Source: Bacteroidales bacterium (GTDB lineage: Bacteria > Bacteroidota > Bacteroidia > Bacteroidales > WCHB1-69). From it: 64,000 bases of DNA. The stretch's first letter is position 1; each line of letters opens with the position of its first letter. The translations under genes and the position numbers were made by a program. A model generated the notes under the pieces. It saw nothing but the letters and a program-made list of their open reading frames with translations, was not told the DNA's origin and made no database searches. The stretch is from positions 7,165-71,164 of the forward strand of contig JAFXTS010000008.1 of the NCBI GenBank assembly GCA_017535665.1. Reading direction: 5' to 3'. Shown here in pieces: positions 38,525 through 47,490 of the stretch.

Positions 38525-38620
38525 GTTGGTTTGTTGAATCGTTGATTTGTTGATGCGTTGATTTGTTGAAGGTAATTTTGAGTTAAGGAGTTAAGGAGTT
38601 AAGGAGTTAAGAAGTGAAGA
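38525..38620. repeat. 96-bp array of 12 strictly phased 8-nt units: GTTGGTTT GTTGAATC GTTGATTT GTTGATGC GTTGATTT GTTGAAGG TAATTTTG AGTTAAGG AGTTAAGG AGTTAAGG AGTTAAGA AGTGAAGA
   Basis: Read directly from the sequence. Lies 21-116 nt upstream of the LytTR gene start (38504, minus strand). Confidence 0.9.
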
Positions 38621-38672
38621 GGGAGTTGGCGGCGTTCATCTTTTCATCCCCTCCTCACATCCTCCCCCACTC

Positions 38673-39731
38673 TCAGTAGTGCACAATCAGCTCCAGTATC
38701 AGGCGGTCGTCTTTGTAGGGGGAGCCGGCGTGGACGAAGAACTTCTCGTAATTGAGCCGGATGCCCGTGCGCACCGGACGGCTGATGAAGTACATGGTGA
38801 AGCCGGCGGTGATGCGCTGCCGGTAGTCGCTCCACTCGTAATCGCCCGAGTCTGAAAGCATGCCGTTGCAGTTGGCTGTGATGGCATCGTAGCGCAGCGC
38901 CAACGAGATGTCATCAAGCCACGGCTTGCCGATGCGGAAGGTGTAGCAGGCGAAGCCCTCAAAGGCATGCGTGGGCTGGAGACTCTTGTCGGAGTAGGCC
39001 TTATAGATGTACTCCGCATCGAGGTGCAGTCCGCCGATGTCGTACATCATGCCCACATCGAAGTTGTGCATCCGGATGGTCTCGTACTTCACGGCGGCAT
39101 AGTTGAGGGTGAGCTCAAAGCCTTTGAAGAAGCGGAAAGCGCCGCGTGCCACGTAGTTGAGCGATTTCTGGAACTGCATCTGTTTGCTGAAGCCGCCGCT
39201 GTTGAACACCCCCGCCTTGATGGAGAAGGGCACGGTTTGGTCCCACGCATACTCCACCACGGCGCCCACATCGCTCCAGGCGGTGAGCCGCTGGGTGAGG
39301 AACGACTTGTCGGAGAAATAGTACTGCCACGGAGAGAGCAGGTTCTCGTTGCTGAAAGGCATCTTGTCGTAGCCGATGAGGAACGACAAGCCCTTCACGG
39401 GCTTGAACTTGGCGAAAATGGCCACAGGTGAGAACTTGCCGCCGTAACTCAGGTCAACCAATGCCATATAGGAGAACATGCTGTGGAGGTCGCCCGACAC
39501 GCCGATACGGGTGTGGCGCAACTCGAAGTGGTGGGTGTTTTGCTGGGTGTTGTACTCATAGCGTCCCAACACGGTGGCGGTGAACTTGGGGATCATCTCC
39601 TGACGGGAAAGTTTGTGGGCCCACGGCTGGCGAACCACCGTATCGGGAGCGGTGGCGACAGAGTCAACCGTCTGGGCGGAGACGGAAACCACCAGCAACA
39701 GACCGCAAAACATCAACCAAAACCTCTTCAT
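38673..39731 (-). CDS. Outer-membrane porin (phosphate-selective porin O/P-like)
   Basis: Signal peptide MKRFWLMFCGLLLVVSVSAQ. Alternating beta-strand pattern. C-terminal ...ELIVHY with an aromatic end. Confidence 0.6.
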   Translation of the reverse strand: MKRFWLMFCGLLLVVSVSAQTVDSVATAPDTVVRQPWAHKLSRQEMIPKFTATVLGRYEYNTQQNTHHFELRHTRIGVSGDLHSMFSYMALVDLSYGGKFSPVAIFAKFKPVKGLSFLIGYDKMPFSNENLLSPWQYYFSDKSFLTQRLTAWSDVGAVVEYAWDQTVPFSIKAGVFNSGGFSKQMQFQKSLNYVARGAFRFFKGFELTLNYAAVKYETIRMHNFDVGMMYDIGGLHLDAEYIYKAYSDKSLQPTHAFEGFACYTFRIGKPWLDDISLALRYDAITANCNGMLSDSGDYEWSDYRQRITAGFTMYFISRPVRTGIRLNYEKFFVHAGSPYKDDRLILELIVHY

Positions 39732-39776
39732 CTTCCCTTCTGCGTCAATGATGGATAAAGATTACGCATTTCGCTC

Positions 39777-42551
39777 TCACCCGCCGCACTTGGAGTAGGA
39801 GCAGTTGGTGCATACCAGGCAGCCCTCCTTGAACTCCATGGTGTTCTCGGCACCGCAGTGGGGACAAATCACACCCTTGGCCTTGGTGCCGTCCTTGATG
39901 AACTTCTTCAGGGCGCGGATGACGCCGTTCTTCCATGAGTTGATGGTCTCTTCGCGGAAGTTGAGCCCGCCGACAATGTCGCATACATTCTCAATCGGAA
40001 TGCCGTGGCGCAGCATAGCGGAAATCATCTTGGCATAGTTCCAGAACTCCGGATTGAAGCAGCGGTTCAACCCGCTGATAATGATGGGATATCCGTCGCA
40101 ATCCTCATACTTGAAGTCGTAGCTCTTGGTACCATCCTCAAAACGGTTCTTGATGATAACGCCATGGGTGACACTCTTCGGCATGGGCATTCGTTCCTCA
40201 TCGCTCTTGCCGGTGAAGACCTCATAGGGGGTACCGTCGGCCCGCAAGCCCACCAGCGCCACCCACGCCTCGTTGTTGTTGCGGAAACGAATCACTTCGG
40301 CATGCAACTCTTTGGGGCGTTTCAAGTTAACGGCAGGTTTCTCCTTCTCCTTCGGCTTTTCGGAGGTGGACACCAGCACGCCGTCGCGCGAACCGTCGCG
40401 ATAGACCGTCATGCCCTTGCAGCCGCACTCCCACGCCTTCTGGTAGAGCGCGCCCACCATCTCCTGCGTCGTGTCTTTCGGCAGGTTGATGGTGACCGAG
40501 ATGGAGTGGTCCACCCACTTCTGCACCATCCCCTGCATCTCCACCTTCTTGATGTAGTCGGTGTCGTTGGCCATCGCCTTGTAGTAGGGCGACTGCGCCA
40601 CAATGTTGTTGATCTCGTCATCGCTCATGCTGGAGAAGGTGCTGACATCGTAGCCGTTCACCTCCGCCCATTTCAGGAACTTCTGGTGGAAGACCAAATA
40701 CTCTTCGAAAGAGTCGCCATTCACATCCTTGACAATGGTACGGTGGTTGTCGATGTCGTTGGGGTTGACCTTTCTTCTACGCTTGTACACCACATTGAAG
40801 GCGGGCTCGATGCCGGAGGTCGTCTGGGTGCAGATGCTCACGCTGCCGGTGGGGGCGATGGTGAGCAGGGCGATGTTGCGGCGGCCGTAGCGCACCATAT
40901 CCTCATAGAGCTTCTCGTCGGCAGCCTTCACGCGCAGGATGAAGGGGTTGTTAGCCTCCTTGACGCTGCTATAGACGGGGAAGGCACCACGCTCTTTGGC
41001 CATGGTGACAGAGGAACGGTAGGCGGCGAGCGCCAGCTGCTTGTGGACCTCGGCGGAGAAGGCATTGCTGTGGTCGGTGCCATAGCGGATGCCGAGGGCG
41101 GCGAGCATGTCACCCTCGGCGGTAGTACCCAGACCGGTACGGCGTCCCTTCAGCGACTGGTTGCGTATCTTCTTCCACAGCTCTCTCTCCACACGTTTCA
41201 CGTCGTCGGGCTCCGGGTCGGAGTCGATCTTCTTGAGGATGGCATCCACCTTCTCGATTTCGAGGTCGATGATGTCGTCCATCATACGCTGGGCGTAAGC
41301 GACGTGCTGTTTGAAGAGGGGCATGTTGAAGCTCGCTTTGTCCGTAAAAGGTTGATCTACGTAACTGTACAGGTTAATGGCTATCAGACGGCAGCTATCG
41401 TAAGGACAAAGCGGAATTTCGCCGCAGGGGTTAGTGGATTCGGTAAGGAAGCCATCGGAGGCGTAGCAGTCGGGCACGGCCTCGCGGTGGATAGTGTCCC
41501 AGAAGAGAACACCCGGTTCAGCGGATTTCCAGGCGTTATAGACGATTTTGGTCCACAGTTTCGCGGCGTCCACCTGCTGCACCACCTTGGGGGTGTCGGA
41601 GTGGATGGGATACTGCTGGGTGTAGGGCGTGCCGTTTTTGACACACTGCATAAACTCGTCGTCGATACGCACAGAGACGTTGGCACCGGTGATGCGCCCC
41701 TCGGTCATCTTGGCGTCGATGAACTTTTCGGCATCGGGGTGCTTGATAGAGATGGTGAGCATGAGGGCACCTCTACGGCCGCCCTGCGCCACCTCGCGGG
41801 TGGAGTTGGAGTAGCGCTCCATGAAGGGAACGATACCCGTGGAGGTCAGCGCGCAGTTCTGCACGTTGCTGCCCGTGGGGCGGATGGCCGACAGGTCGTG
41901 GCCGACGCCGCCGCGGCGTTTCATCAGCTGCACCTGCTCCTCGTCCATCTGCATGATGCCACCATACGAGTCGGCATTCTCGCCGTTGCCGATGACAAAG
42001 CAGTTGGAGAGGGAGACCACCTGGTAGTTGTTGCCGATACCGGCCATCGGACTTCCTTGCGGAACGATGTATTTGAAATCCTTCATCAAGCTGAAAATCA
42101 GCTCCTCACTCATCGGATTCTTGTATTTCTTCTCGATACGGGCGAACTCGCGAGCCAGACGGTGGTGCATATCGTCGGGGGTATGCTCCACCAACTCGCC
42201 CTGGCCGTTGCGCAACGCGTATTTGTCCACCCATACGCTGGCGGCCAGCTGGTCGCCATGGAAATAGTCCACCACATCCTGGAAGACCTCCTCCTTTGTG
42301 TAAATACGTGCTGGTTCTTCAGCCGCAGCCAAGGTCTCTTCCACACTCTCTGGCTGCTCCACACTTTCGTCCAAAGCAGCGAAGAGATTTCCCTCCTCAT
42401 TATGGCTTTTCTTCCCGTTTTTCGGCTCCGCTTCGTTGGCGGACATTTGGCTCAATTGCTTCCCACGCAACGCCACCAGATTGTCTTCCTTTTTCTGCAT
42501 AGTTTCCTCGGTCATTTGGAATGAATCAAAGAGAGATAAAGTATCTTCCAT
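39777..42551 (-). CDS. nrdJ: Class II (adenosylcobalamin-dependent) ribonucleotide reductase with an acidic N-terminal extension and a C-terminal Cys4 finger
   Basis: SNCFV, NPCGEIPL, TIAPTGS and a long RNR barrel. The tail CPHCGAENTMEFKEGCLVCTNCSYSKCG is the typical NrdJ zinc ribbon. Confidence 0.9.
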   Translation of the reverse strand: MEDTLSLFDSFQMTEETMQKKEDNLVALRGKQLSQMSANEAEPKNGKKSHNEEGNLFAALDESVEQPESVEETLAAAEEPARIYTKEEVFQDVVDYFHGDQLAASVWVDKYALRNGQGELVEHTPDDMHHRLAREFARIEKKYKNPMSEELIFSLMKDFKYIVPQGSPMAGIGNNYQVVSLSNCFVIGNGENADSYGGIMQMDEEQVQLMKRRGGVGHDLSAIRPTGSNVQNCALTSTGIVPFMERYSNSTREVAQGGRRGALMLTISIKHPDAEKFIDAKMTEGRITGANVSVRIDDEFMQCVKNGTPYTQQYPIHSDTPKVVQQVDAAKLWTKIVYNAWKSAEPGVLFWDTIHREAVPDCYASDGFLTESTNPCGEIPLCPYDSCRLIAINLYSYVDQPFTDKASFNMPLFKQHVAYAQRMMDDIIDLEIEKVDAILKKIDSDPEPDDVKRVERELWKKIRNQSLKGRRTGLGTTAEGDMLAALGIRYGTDHSNAFSAEVHKQLALAAYRSSVTMAKERGAFPVYSSVKEANNPFILRVKAADEKLYEDMVRYGRRNIALLTIAPTGSVSICTQTTSGIEPAFNVVYKRRRKVNPNDIDNHRTIVKDVNGDSFEEYLVFHQKFLKWAEVNGYDVSTFSSMSDDEINNIVAQSPYYKAMANDTDYIKKVEMQGMVQKWVDHSISVTINLPKDTTQEMVGALYQKAWECGCKGMTVYRDGSRDGVLVSTSEKPKEKEKPAVNLKRPKELHAEVIRFRNNNEAWVALVGLRADGTPYEVFTGKSDEERMPMPKSVTHGVIIKNRFEDGTKSYDFKYEDCDGYPIIISGLNRCFNPEFWNYAKMISAMLRHGIPIENVCDIVGGLNFREETINSWKNGVIRALKKFIKDGTKAKGVICPHCGAENTMEFKEGCLVCTNCSYSKCGG

Positions 42552-42790
42552 GATAGGGTGTATGGTTATTTGTTAAAAATCGTTAATCGCAATTTTAGGG
42601 TGTTCCAATGCTGGGCATCAATTTCTGTCCAAGAGTTAAATTAGTAATTATCAGAAACTTGCGCTGTCCGATTATGCGTCAGGCAGGCATCACGAAAATA
42701 GTTTTTTAAGTCTGAATGATGTTCTAAAAATCAGATTTCTTTTCAACAAATTTTCGTTGATATTTTTTCTTTCTGATAATTAAACTTTTA

Positions 42791-42839
42791 CAAAAAAAAG
42801 TAAAAAACCTGCATTTTTTTTGTGAAAAAATACAGGTTT
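42791..42839 (-). terminator. Rho-independent terminator after the 838-aa barrel gene
   Basis: Minus strand reads AAACCTGTATTTTTTCACAAAAAAAATGCAGGTTT followed by a long T-run. Confidence 0.6.
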
Positions 42840-42878
42840 GGCACGATAAAAAATAGTCTGAAAAAACGGGGGTGCGAA

Positions 42879-45377
42879 CTACCGCTGCTGACCGCCTGAC
42901 TGCTGGCTCTGAGCGCCCGACTGGCCGCCGTTGCCACCCGAACTTCCGCTACCCATACGGTCGAACTCGTCGTCGTGACCCTTGCGCTGCTGCATCTGGA
43001 TACGCTGCTTGCCGAAACGGTAACTGAGGTCGATACTCACCCCAATGCCGCCGCTCATCCAGCGCGAATTGCTGACGGTGCCGTCAGGATAGACATCGTG
43101 GTTCACCCACTTGCTCGAATTGAAAAGGTTGCGCATGCCCAACCGAACGGTGAAAGAGTCTTTGAACATGCTCGCCTTGAAGCCTGCCCATGAATAGACG
43201 GTTCCCTTCGAACTGCCGAACGTGTTCCTCGACAGCGGCATCCACCAAAGTCCGAAATCGATGGAGTAATGCTTGCAGAAGGTGAAGGTGTGCATGGTGA
43301 AAAGCTGCAACGAACTCACGAGACTCTTCTCTGTACTACTCTCATAATCAAAGGTTTGCTGTCCTAACGAATAGTTCACATTCCACATCATCATCCACCA
43401 CTTCCCTATCGGGATGTTGGCGAACAGAGAAGCGCGCATGCCGTGCATCTTGCCGATATTCTCAGGACGGCTCAACGCCACATTGGTCAGTTTGTCGATA
43501 TACAACATATCTTCCACACCGCCCCGCATGAACTCATAGCCCAAAGAGGCGAACAGCATGTAATGCCACGAGTAATCCACGGTAGCCGTGTAGGTGTATT
43601 CGGGCGCAAGATAAGGATTACCCGTTTGGATATTATACTCATCCTCAATGTCCACAAAAGGATTAAGACTGCGGTAATCGGGACGGGTGATGCGCGACCG
43701 GAGGGCGAAGGAGAGGGTGTTCATCTTGGGCAGCTGATAGTCGATCTGCAGGGAGGGGAACACATCGAAATAGTCCTGCTTGTTGAACTCGTCGGTCGTG
43801 AGCAATTTTCCCGTGATATGCGCATACTCGGCGCGCAAACCGGCCTGCACGGTGAGCATCGGGGTCGGTTGGAAATTGCCCTGCACGTAGGCCGCAGAGA
43901 TGCTTTCACTATAGACAAAATGGTTACTCTGCGACTCCATCAAACTATCATTCAGATAGTTATTATTGATATTGAGATTTCTGATAAAGCTGGTTTTCAC
44001 ACCACACTCCAGCGTCAGCATGGGGTTGACCGGAATTTCCAAATCGATTTTGGCGGTGGCCACGTGCATTCTGCCGGGGCGCTTGATTCCTTTATAATAA
44101 CTATTGTAAAGCGGGGTGACGAACTCGTCGGCGAAGAAGGGCTGCTCGCGGTCGGTCAACGAACGGTCGTGCGCGAACGAGTAGGTGACATCGGCGTACA
44201 GCGTGGTGCCGAGGGTGTCGAAACGATGCTTGAAGTTGACATTGAACTGATGGTTACCATGGAACGAATTGCTGCGCGAAACATCCCGAAAGGCGGTGGT
44301 CAGCTCATCATTGCGGTAGATACGGTTCGCCGACAAGGCCGTAAAATGGGCATCAAACAGCTGGGCGCGGTAGGCGAAACTGAGCGTGTTGACCGAGTCG
44401 ATATAGCAGTCGGCGGCAAAGTTGATGCCATGGGAGCTGAAATTGTTGTGGCTGTTCCAAAGCTCTTCGGCCTTCTCGTTGGTGGTCTGCCGAATGGTGT
44501 CCCCTCCGATAAAGGAGGTGCGGTCTGAGTCGAAGCCAAACTTCGACTGGCTATACATATAATAATAGCTGCCGTTGAGCACCCACTTGCCAGTGCGGCC
44601 GGTCAGGTTGAAACCCTCGTTGGTGCCCCAATCGCTCTCGTAAGAGACTCCCGCCCACACCGAACCGTTGATGCCGTTGGTGCGCACATGCTTGGTGACG
44701 AGGTTGATGATGCCCGCCGTGCCTGCAGCGTCGTACCGCGCCGACGGGTTCTTAATCACCTCCACCCGCTCGATAGAAGTGGCCGGCATGCTCTTCAGAA
44801 AGTTGGTGAGGTCGTCACCACTGAGGTGCGGATCCTTGTCATCCAGCAGAATCAGCACACCCGACTTGCCCTGCAACGAGATGTTGTCGCTGTTGTCCAC
44901 CAACACACCGGGCATCTTGCGCAGCAACTCCAACACATTGTCGCCCGCCGCGCTGGGCTGCGACTCCACATTCATGATGGTCTTGCCCAACTTCTGCTCA
45001 AAAAGAGGCTTCTTGTACACCACCTCTATCTTTTCCAGCATCTCCACCAACTCTCCCAACACGATGGTTCCCATGTCGTAGTCTGCCTTCCCGATTTCTA
45101 TTTCTTCACTGATAAATTCCTTATAACCTACATAATAAATCTTCACGAGATATTTTCCGGAAGCCACTGCGTCGAAAGCAAATACCCCGTCCTTATCGGT
45201 CATCTGGGTGTTGACTACCGACGAATCTGCAGACTTGAGCAGTCCCACGCTGGCATACACCAACGGGGCTTTCTTCTCGGGTTCCACCACACGTCCGGTA
45301 AGCGTTCCCCTTTGCGCCAGTCCCATCACCACCTGGCTTATCATCAATGCGAAAATGATTATTTTCTTCATCATCAT
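42879..45377 (-). CDS. Outer-membrane beta-barrel / TonB-dependent-receptor-like protein with CarboxypepD_reg domain and a Gly/Ser/Gln-rich C-terminal tail
   Basis: Signal peptide MMMKKIIIFALMISQVVMGLAQ. LTGRVVEPEKKAPLVYASV, plug-like LELLRKMPGVLVD and a long barrel. Ends ...GSGSSGGNGGQSGAQSQQSGGQQR. ATG at 45377 chosen. Confidence 0.75.
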   Translation of the reverse strand: MMMKKIIIFALMISQVVMGLAQRGTLTGRVVEPEKKAPLVYASVGLLKSADSSVVNTQMTDKDGVFAFDAVASGKYLVKIYYVGYKEFISEEIEIGKADYDMGTIVLGELVEMLEKIEVVYKKPLFEQKLGKTIMNVESQPSAAGDNVLELLRKMPGVLVDNSDNISLQGKSGVLILLDDKDPHLSGDDLTNFLKSMPATSIERVEVIKNPSARYDAAGTAGIINLVTKHVRTNGINGSVWAGVSYESDWGTNEGFNLTGRTGKWVLNGSYYYMYSQSKFGFDSDRTSFIGGDTIRQTTNEKAEELWNSHNNFSSHGINFAADCYIDSVNTLSFAYRAQLFDAHFTALSANRIYRNDELTTAFRDVSRSNSFHGNHQFNVNFKHRFDTLGTTLYADVTYSFAHDRSLTDREQPFFADEFVTPLYNSYYKGIKRPGRMHVATAKIDLEIPVNPMLTLECGVKTSFIRNLNINNNYLNDSLMESQSNHFVYSESISAAYVQGNFQPTPMLTVQAGLRAEYAHITGKLLTTDEFNKQDYFDVFPSLQIDYQLPKMNTLSFALRSRITRPDYRSLNPFVDIEDEYNIQTGNPYLAPEYTYTATVDYSWHYMLFASLGYEFMRGGVEDMLYIDKLTNVALSRPENIGKMHGMRASLFANIPIGKWWMMMWNVNYSLGQQTFDYESSTEKSLVSSLQLFTMHTFTFCKHYSIDFGLWWMPLSRNTFGSSKGTVYSWAGFKASMFKDSFTVRLGMRNLFNSSKWVNHDVYPDGTVSNSRWMSGGIGVSIDLSYRFGKQRIQMQQRKGHDDEFDRMGSGSSGGNGGQSGAQSQQSGGQQR

Positions 45378-45404
45378 AATTTTAATGAAAAACAAAAGTT
45401 GCCT

Positions 45405-45491
45405 CTACGCCAACAGGCACCAGAATAAGATTTCAATCACGAAAAATGCGACAATAGCGCCCAGCATGATTTTATTGGTATATTTTTTCAT
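45405..45491 (-). CDS. Small hydrophobic peptide, 28 aa (MKKYTNKIMLGAIVAFFVIEILFWCLLA), not in the supplied ORF track
   Basis: Hand-translated. The ATG is 2 nt after the GntR stop and the TAG is 27 nt before the barrel gene ATG. One predicted TM helix. It sits inside a tightly packed operon. Confidence 0.4.
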   Translation of the reverse strand: MKKYTNKIMLGAIVAFFVIEILFWCLLA

Positions 45492-45493
45492 AA

Positions 45494-45856
45494 CTATTGA
45501 TTTTCAATGTTTTGACAAATGGACACAATTTCTTCCTTACTGATATTTAGCAGTTTCGCTTTCTTCAACAGCGAAGGAAGCGTATGGCACAACAGGTACT
45601 GCCGGTGCTCCTCCTGAATCAGTTCAACAGCGTTGGCGGTCACATAGAACCCGATGCCGCGCTTGTTTTCGATGACATGCTTGTCGGAAAGCTCCGTATA
45701 GGCCCGCTGCACCGTATTGGGGTTCACCTCCACTTGGGCTGCCAGTTCCCGCACCGAGCACAGCCGCTCGCCCTGAGGCCACTTGCCCGACAGGATTTGT
45801 TCGCAAACGTAATCCTCTATTTGCAAATAGATCGGTTTTTCTTCTTTGAAATTCAT
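45494..45856 (-). CDS. GntR family (YtrA-like, short) transcriptional regulator
   Basis: CSVRELAAQVEVNPNTVQRAYTELSDKHVIENKRGIGFYV is a winged-HTH. The protein is only 120 aa, as in the YtrA subfamily. Confidence 0.88.
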   Translation of the reverse strand: MNFKEEKPIYLQIEDYVCEQILSGKWPQGERLCSVRELAAQVEVNPNTVQRAYTELSDKHVIENKRGIGFYVTANAVELIQEEHRQYLLCHTLPSLLKKAKLLNISKEEIVSICQNIENQ

Positions 45857-45857
45857 C

Positions 45858-46607
45858 TTATACCTCCGTTTCTCTTAATCTCAACCACGTCATAAACCAG
45901 AAGAACAATGTGACGAGAGAAAATATCAAATAATAGATGGCCTCAGCTGCATCGTGAGACAAATCCCAAATTCTCTGCATATTGCCACCACCCATAGAAG
46001 AGATGACGACGTTAATGACAATGGTGACAAAAAGCACAGCCACTCCGATGAGGAAGCTCCACAGAAGCGCCAGCTTTTTAAAATATACCGAAGCAAACAG
46101 CATGGCGGCAGCACCGGCTGTAAGCAGGATTGCAAAACTTCCGAATGACCACCAATTAATAAATTTGAAACACACAAAAACATTCTCTGATGGGTACATG
46201 GGGGCCAGCATGCATAGGCACAAGGCATATCCCGCCAGTCCGGAAACTACCAGCAACACAAAATAATACACATTGACCAGCAGAATGTTCACCATCACCT
46301 TCTCAAGGGTGCTGGCCGGCAATGTGAGGTACATGATGCCAGAGGCAGAATTCGACAACCTCCTGAATGTGAGGCTAGCAAGAACCATTAAAGTGGCTGC
46401 GACTGCAAAATTGATGGGAAGATATTGTATAACCAAACCCGAAACAAAATCCGCATCACCACGCCAAATTATTATACAGGAAAGCCATTTCCATATTGCC
46501 ATACCTCCCATCATGCACAGGAAGATACAAAGGTCCTTCTTCCAATTTTGCAGGAACATGTTTTTCATCAGTAGTCCTATGCGATGAAATGAAAACGATT
46601 CGTTCAT
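45858..46607 (-). CDS. Integral membrane protein (putative permease partner of the adjacent ABC ATPase)
   Basis: About 6 TM helices and no recognisable motif. Located 1 nt upstream of the GntR gene and 12 nt downstream of the ATPase gene. Confidence 0.6.
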   Translation of the reverse strand: MNESFSFHRIGLLMKNMFLQNWKKDLCIFLCMMGGMAIWKWLSCIIIWRGDADFVSGLVIQYLPINFAVAATLMVLASLTFRRLSNSASGIMYLTLPASTLEKVMVNILLVNVYYFVLLVVSGLAGYALCLCMLAPMYPSENVFVCFKFINWWSFGSFAILLTAGAAAMLFASVYFKKLALLWSFLIGVAVLFVTIVINVVISSMGGGNMQRIWDLSHDAAEAIYYLIFSLVTLFFWFMTWLRLRETEV

Positions 46608-46619
46608 AGTGCTTCAATT

Positions 46620-47459
46620 TTAAAGTGAGAAAATTTCTTTGATTTTAGTACGATTGCCCAAAGCCGCATTGAAGAGCAACTCGATGTCCATTTTGCTCTC
46701 CTCGTGGGCAGTGTTCTCCGATACAGTATAGATACCCCGAAGCGTATCTTCCTTGTACAATGCATCTTGAGCCTCTTCTTCCGTCTCCACGACCCCGAAT
46801 CTCAACTTCTCGGTAATCTGGTCCACCGAAGCGTTGAGCAGAATTTCACCTTGGTCCAGAATCAGAATCGTGTCGATCAGACTGTGCAAATCGCGTACCT
46901 GATGTGTGGAGATGATAATCTGCCGATGCTCATCCGCCGCGGAGGTCATCACCTTGCGGAAAATGCTCTTGGAAGGAATATCCAATCCGTTGGACGGCTC
47001 ATCCATGAAAATGATGCCGCAGTTGGTGGCCAACGCAAACGCAATCAGCACCTTCTTTTTCTGACCGTGCGACATTTTCTTCATGTTCTGCTGAAAATCC
47101 ACAATTTCGAACATTTCCATGTACTTGTGGAACTGTTCAGCACTGAACCGCGGGTAAAAAGGAGCATAAACGGTTTCGAATTTTTCAATGGTAATAGAGG
47201 GGACATACATCTCTTCGGGAAGGAAGTAAATCTCTTCCAGCATTTTAGGCTTTCTCAGATAGGCTTTTTCTCCCGAGGTCTCTATCGAACCTTCCTGCGC
47301 GAAAAGCAAGCCGCTCATCAGTTTCATGAGCGTGGTCTTGCCTTCCCCATTCTTCCCTAACAAACCATAAATGTGATTGCCCTCAAGCTCTAAACTCAGA
47401 TCCGCGAATACAGGTTTCCGGCGCGGATAATGAAAAGTAACATTTTTTAACTGTATCAT
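46620..47459 (-). CDS. ABC transporter ATP-binding protein
   Basis: Walker A GLLGKNGEGKTT, signature SHGQKKK and Walker B IIFMDEPSNGLD. Confidence 0.9.
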   Translation of the reverse strand: MIQLKNVTFHYPRRKPVFADLSLELEGNHIYGLLGKNGEGKTTLMKLMSGLLFAQEGSIETSGEKAYLRKPKMLEEIYFLPEEMYVPSITIEKFETVYAPFYPRFSAEQFHKYMEMFEIVDFQQNMKKMSHGQKKKVLIAFALATNCGIIFMDEPSNGLDIPSKSIFRKVMTSAADEHRQIIISTHQVRDLHSLIDTILILDQGEILLNASVDQITEKLRFGVVETEEEAQDALYKEDTLRGIYTVSENTAHEESKMDIELLFNAALGNRTKIKEIFSL

Positions 47460-47490
47460 TTTTTGAGGTGTTTGAATGAATGAATACTTT

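Noticed and set aside
40005-42524. 839-aa ORF on the plus strand, antisense to nrdJ
   Set aside because: It is codon-for-codon aligned with nrdJ, so its stops would require the sense codons TTA, CTA or TCA, which this GC-biased gene avoids. The product is low-complexity (G/V/H/L/D-rich) with no motifs. This is a classic shadow ORF.
42552-42790. Cobalamin riboswitch or NrdR box upstream of nrdJ
   Set aside because: I read the minus-strand leader base by base. GCCTGCCTGACGC only loosely resembles a B12 box, and none of the other conserved riboswitch segments or NrdR palindromes are present.
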